Shown in pieces: positions 61,997 to 64,000 of a DNA stretch of 64,000 nucleotides (its first letter is position 1; each line of letters opens with the position of its first letter). Source of the DNA: Dehalococcoidia bacterium (GTDB lineage: Bacteria > Chloroflexota > Dehalococcoidia > Lucifugimonadales > GCA-2712585); NCBI GenBank assembly GCA_965207845.1, contig CBDBNU010000002.1, positions 805,129 through 869,128 on the forward strand, read 5' to 3'. Below the pieces are notes generated by a model. That model was not told the origin of the DNA. It saw only the letters and a list, made by a program, of their open reading frames with translations, and searched no databases. Both the position numbers and the translations under genes were made by a program.

Positions 61997-63442
61997 TTAC
62001 GGCGGTGGCGTTTCGTTGGGGTCCGGTTTGTGGGGGCGGTTTTGGCGGAGGTCGTCTAGCTTGTGGCGAAGGATACTCCGTCGTTGCCTGGAGGAGAGAC
62101 GTCGCCAGGGTCTTCGGCTGAAGATGGAGGACGGCTTGCGGAAGACGCCTCGCTGGTCGGGTTTGGGTGGGGGCGGTTCGGGAGGCTCGGGAGGTTCCTC
62201 GGGGGTATCGTCCACTCTGACGATGGGACGTCGGAGGGCGGGCATGAAGATGGCGATCAGGAGTAGTAGGACGAAGGCTCCGGCGGCGTTGACGGCAATG
62301 GCGGCGCTCATGCCGAGGATGGAGGCGAGGGCGCCGAGTTCGACGTTGCCCAGCTGACCGCTGCTGACGGCCATTCCCTGTGCGCCAAAGACGCGGCTGT
62401 GGAACCTGGTGGGACTACTGGTGAGAAGGATGCCGCTTTGCATGGTGGAGAATCCGGACTGGAAGGTTCCGAGGACGATGAGGATGAAGAAGGACAAGAG
62501 GAACCAGGGGGTTAGGGCGAAGGCGAGGAGGAAAATGGAGACGCCGATGCAGCCGCCGAGGAAGATTTTGCCGCTAATTCTGACGCGTGCTCCGAGGAGT
62601 CCGATGAGTAGGGAGCCGATGACGAAACCTATCCCGTCGGCGGCGGCGAGGAGGCCCATGAGGCCAGGGCCGACGTTGAGATGTTCGTCGGCGATGACGG
62701 GGATGAAGAGGTGGTACTGGAACATGACGTTCATGACCACGCTGGCGGTAAGGGTGGCGGCAATGGCTGGTGTGGTGTAGGCGTATTTCATGCCCTCGCC
62801 GATGCTTCTGATGACGGAGCGTTGAGCGCGTGGGGCGATGACGGGGGGGATTTTGAGGAAGAAGATGCATAGGAAGCCGACGAAGTACAGGCCGGTGAGG
62901 AGGGCGTAGGCGCTGATGGCGGTACCTGTGAGCTGGAGGAGGGCACCGATGGCGAGGGGGCCGATGATTCTGCCGGCGCTGAATCCGAGCTGTTCCATGG
63001 AGATGGCCTGGACGAGGTTGCCCTGTCCGACGACGTGGAACATGAGGGCTCTGCGGCTGGTGTTGTCGAAGGCCCGGGTGGCCCCACGGAGGGCGGCGGC
63101 GATGAAGAGGTGGTAGGGCTCGACGGTGCCGAAGACGAGGGTGCCGAGGACGGTGGCGACGACGGCGAGGGTGACGAGGTTGGAGGCCATGATGACGTGG
63201 CGTCGGTCCTGTCGGTCGCCGATGGCACCACCGATGAGGGTGAAGGAGAACATGGCGACGGTGCGGGCGAGGCCGACGAGGGCGACCTGCCATGGAGAGC
63301 CGGTGATCTGGAAGACGAGCCAACCCATGACGAGGAGTTCGGTCATATCCCCGCTGGTGGAGATGCTGCCGTTGGTCAGGAGAAACTGGAAGTTCCGGTT
63401 TCTGATGACGTTGATGAGAGGATTTTTGGATTTGGGTTGCAC
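61997..63442 (-). CDS. MFS transporter (MFS_3/EntS-like)
   Basis: RNRNF, GGAIGDRQDRR, GRIIGP, about 12 TM helices, Pro/Arg-rich tail. Confidence 0.88.
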   Translation of the reverse strand: MQPKSKNPLINVIRNRNFQFLLTNGSISTSGDMTELLVMGWLVFQITGSPWQVALVGLARTVAMFSFTLIGGAIGDRQDRRHVIMASNLVTLAVVATVLGTLVFGTVEPYHLFIAAALRGATRAFDNTSRRALMFHVVGQGNLVQAISMEQLGFSAGRIIGPLAIGALLQLTGTAISAYALLTGLYFVGFLCIFFLKIPPVIAPRAQRSVIRSIGEGMKYAYTTPAIAATLTASVVMNVMFQYHLFIPVIADEHLNVGPGLMGLLAAADGIGFVIGSLLIGLLGARVRISGKIFLGGCIGVSIFLLAFALTPWFLLSFFILIVLGTFQSGFSTMQSGILLTSSPTRFHSRVFGAQGMAVSSGQLGNVELGALASILGMSAAIAVNAAGAFVLLLLIAIFMPALRRPIVRVDDTPEEPPEPPEPPPPKPDQRGVFRKPSSIFSRRPWRRLSSRQRRSILRHKLDDLRQNRPHKPDPNETPPP

Positions 63443-63625
63443 GGTTTCTCACCGGGGGTTGGGGGGCGCTTCGGTGGGGTAGAACGGAATTGCCTTATAT
63501 TGTATTGAGGTGGGAGTGCTATGCCATAGGGTAGGGGGTGCGGGGTTTGGGTGGGATGGCGGTGGGAGGGTGACAGAAATCAAGACAGGTCACAGGAATT
63601 GAGTAAGACTGGGCAATAGGAGGCC

Positions 63626-63864
63626 ATGATGCCAAGATAGACAAATATGATTGAATCTTATTGCCTCCTGAAATGGCGGAGCGAGTGGACCAGGAAATGA
63701 TTCAGCAGGGGAAGTCCAGAAGTGAAGTGGTGCGCGAGGCTCTGTTAAGGTACATGGAAGAATGCGAGTGGAAGCGCCTGATTCGGTATGGGGCGAGGAG
63801 GGCAAGGGAAATGGGAATTGGGCCGGAGGACGTGGTTGGCTTGGTGGAGGAATATCGAATTTAG
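63626..63864 (+). pseudogene. CopG/RHH antitoxin with disrupted 5' end
   Basis: AGGAGG-ATG ATG CCA AGA TAG. The body LPPEMAERVD...SRSEVVREAL is in another frame from 63661. Confidence 0.6.
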
Positions 63865-63884
63865 GTAGGCCAACAGCATCGGGG

Positions 63885-64000
63885 ATCAGGGTAGTCCTGG
63901 ACAACAACGTAATTGTCTCTGGACTGGATTTTCCTGGGAATGAGCAATGGGTAGTGCAACTTGGTTTGCGGGGTAGGTACGAGCTGTACTTGTCCACGTT
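63885..64000 (+). CDS. PIN-domain toxin, N-terminal part (no clear start codon, truncated by window)
   Basis: IRVVLDNNVIVSGL..PG directly after an RHH gene. Confidence 0.65.
   Translation, partial: MRVVLDNNVIVSGLDFPGNEQWVVQLGLRGRYELYLST

Overview
64-kb bacterial chromosomal segment with high GC and a strongly G-rich + strand. Gene content and style suggest Chloroflexota/Dehalococcoidia (inference). Housekeeping content: 2-oxoacid dehydrogenase E1a/E1b/E2-lipB, groES-groEL with a CIRCE operator, ffh, dnaX-ybaB, ybeY, split transketolase, sdhA-sdhB-hdrB-like, SbcC, DNA glycosylases, CoA-transferases and MFS transporters. Intergenic spaces are mosaics of about 7 co-oriented palindromic (REP-like) repeat families. 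Main finding: three 1189-bp IS110-family elements, all inserted at the same position of one repeat family. Their upstream non-coding end reads by eye as a complete bridge RNA, with a target loop matching TGTCATT/CTGA and a donor loop matching the circle junction. Circularisation would also create a TTGATT-N17-TATGAT promoter. Other notable items: a MITE family with 7-bp duplications inserted into the loops of other repeats, a UGA-recoded DUF3179 selenoprotein candidate with a SECIS-like hairpin, a 70-bp-periodic cascade of MCRS-starting mini-ORFs, and an A / B-A / B CoA-transferase arrangement. Product calls come from motif recognition only; no database search was run.
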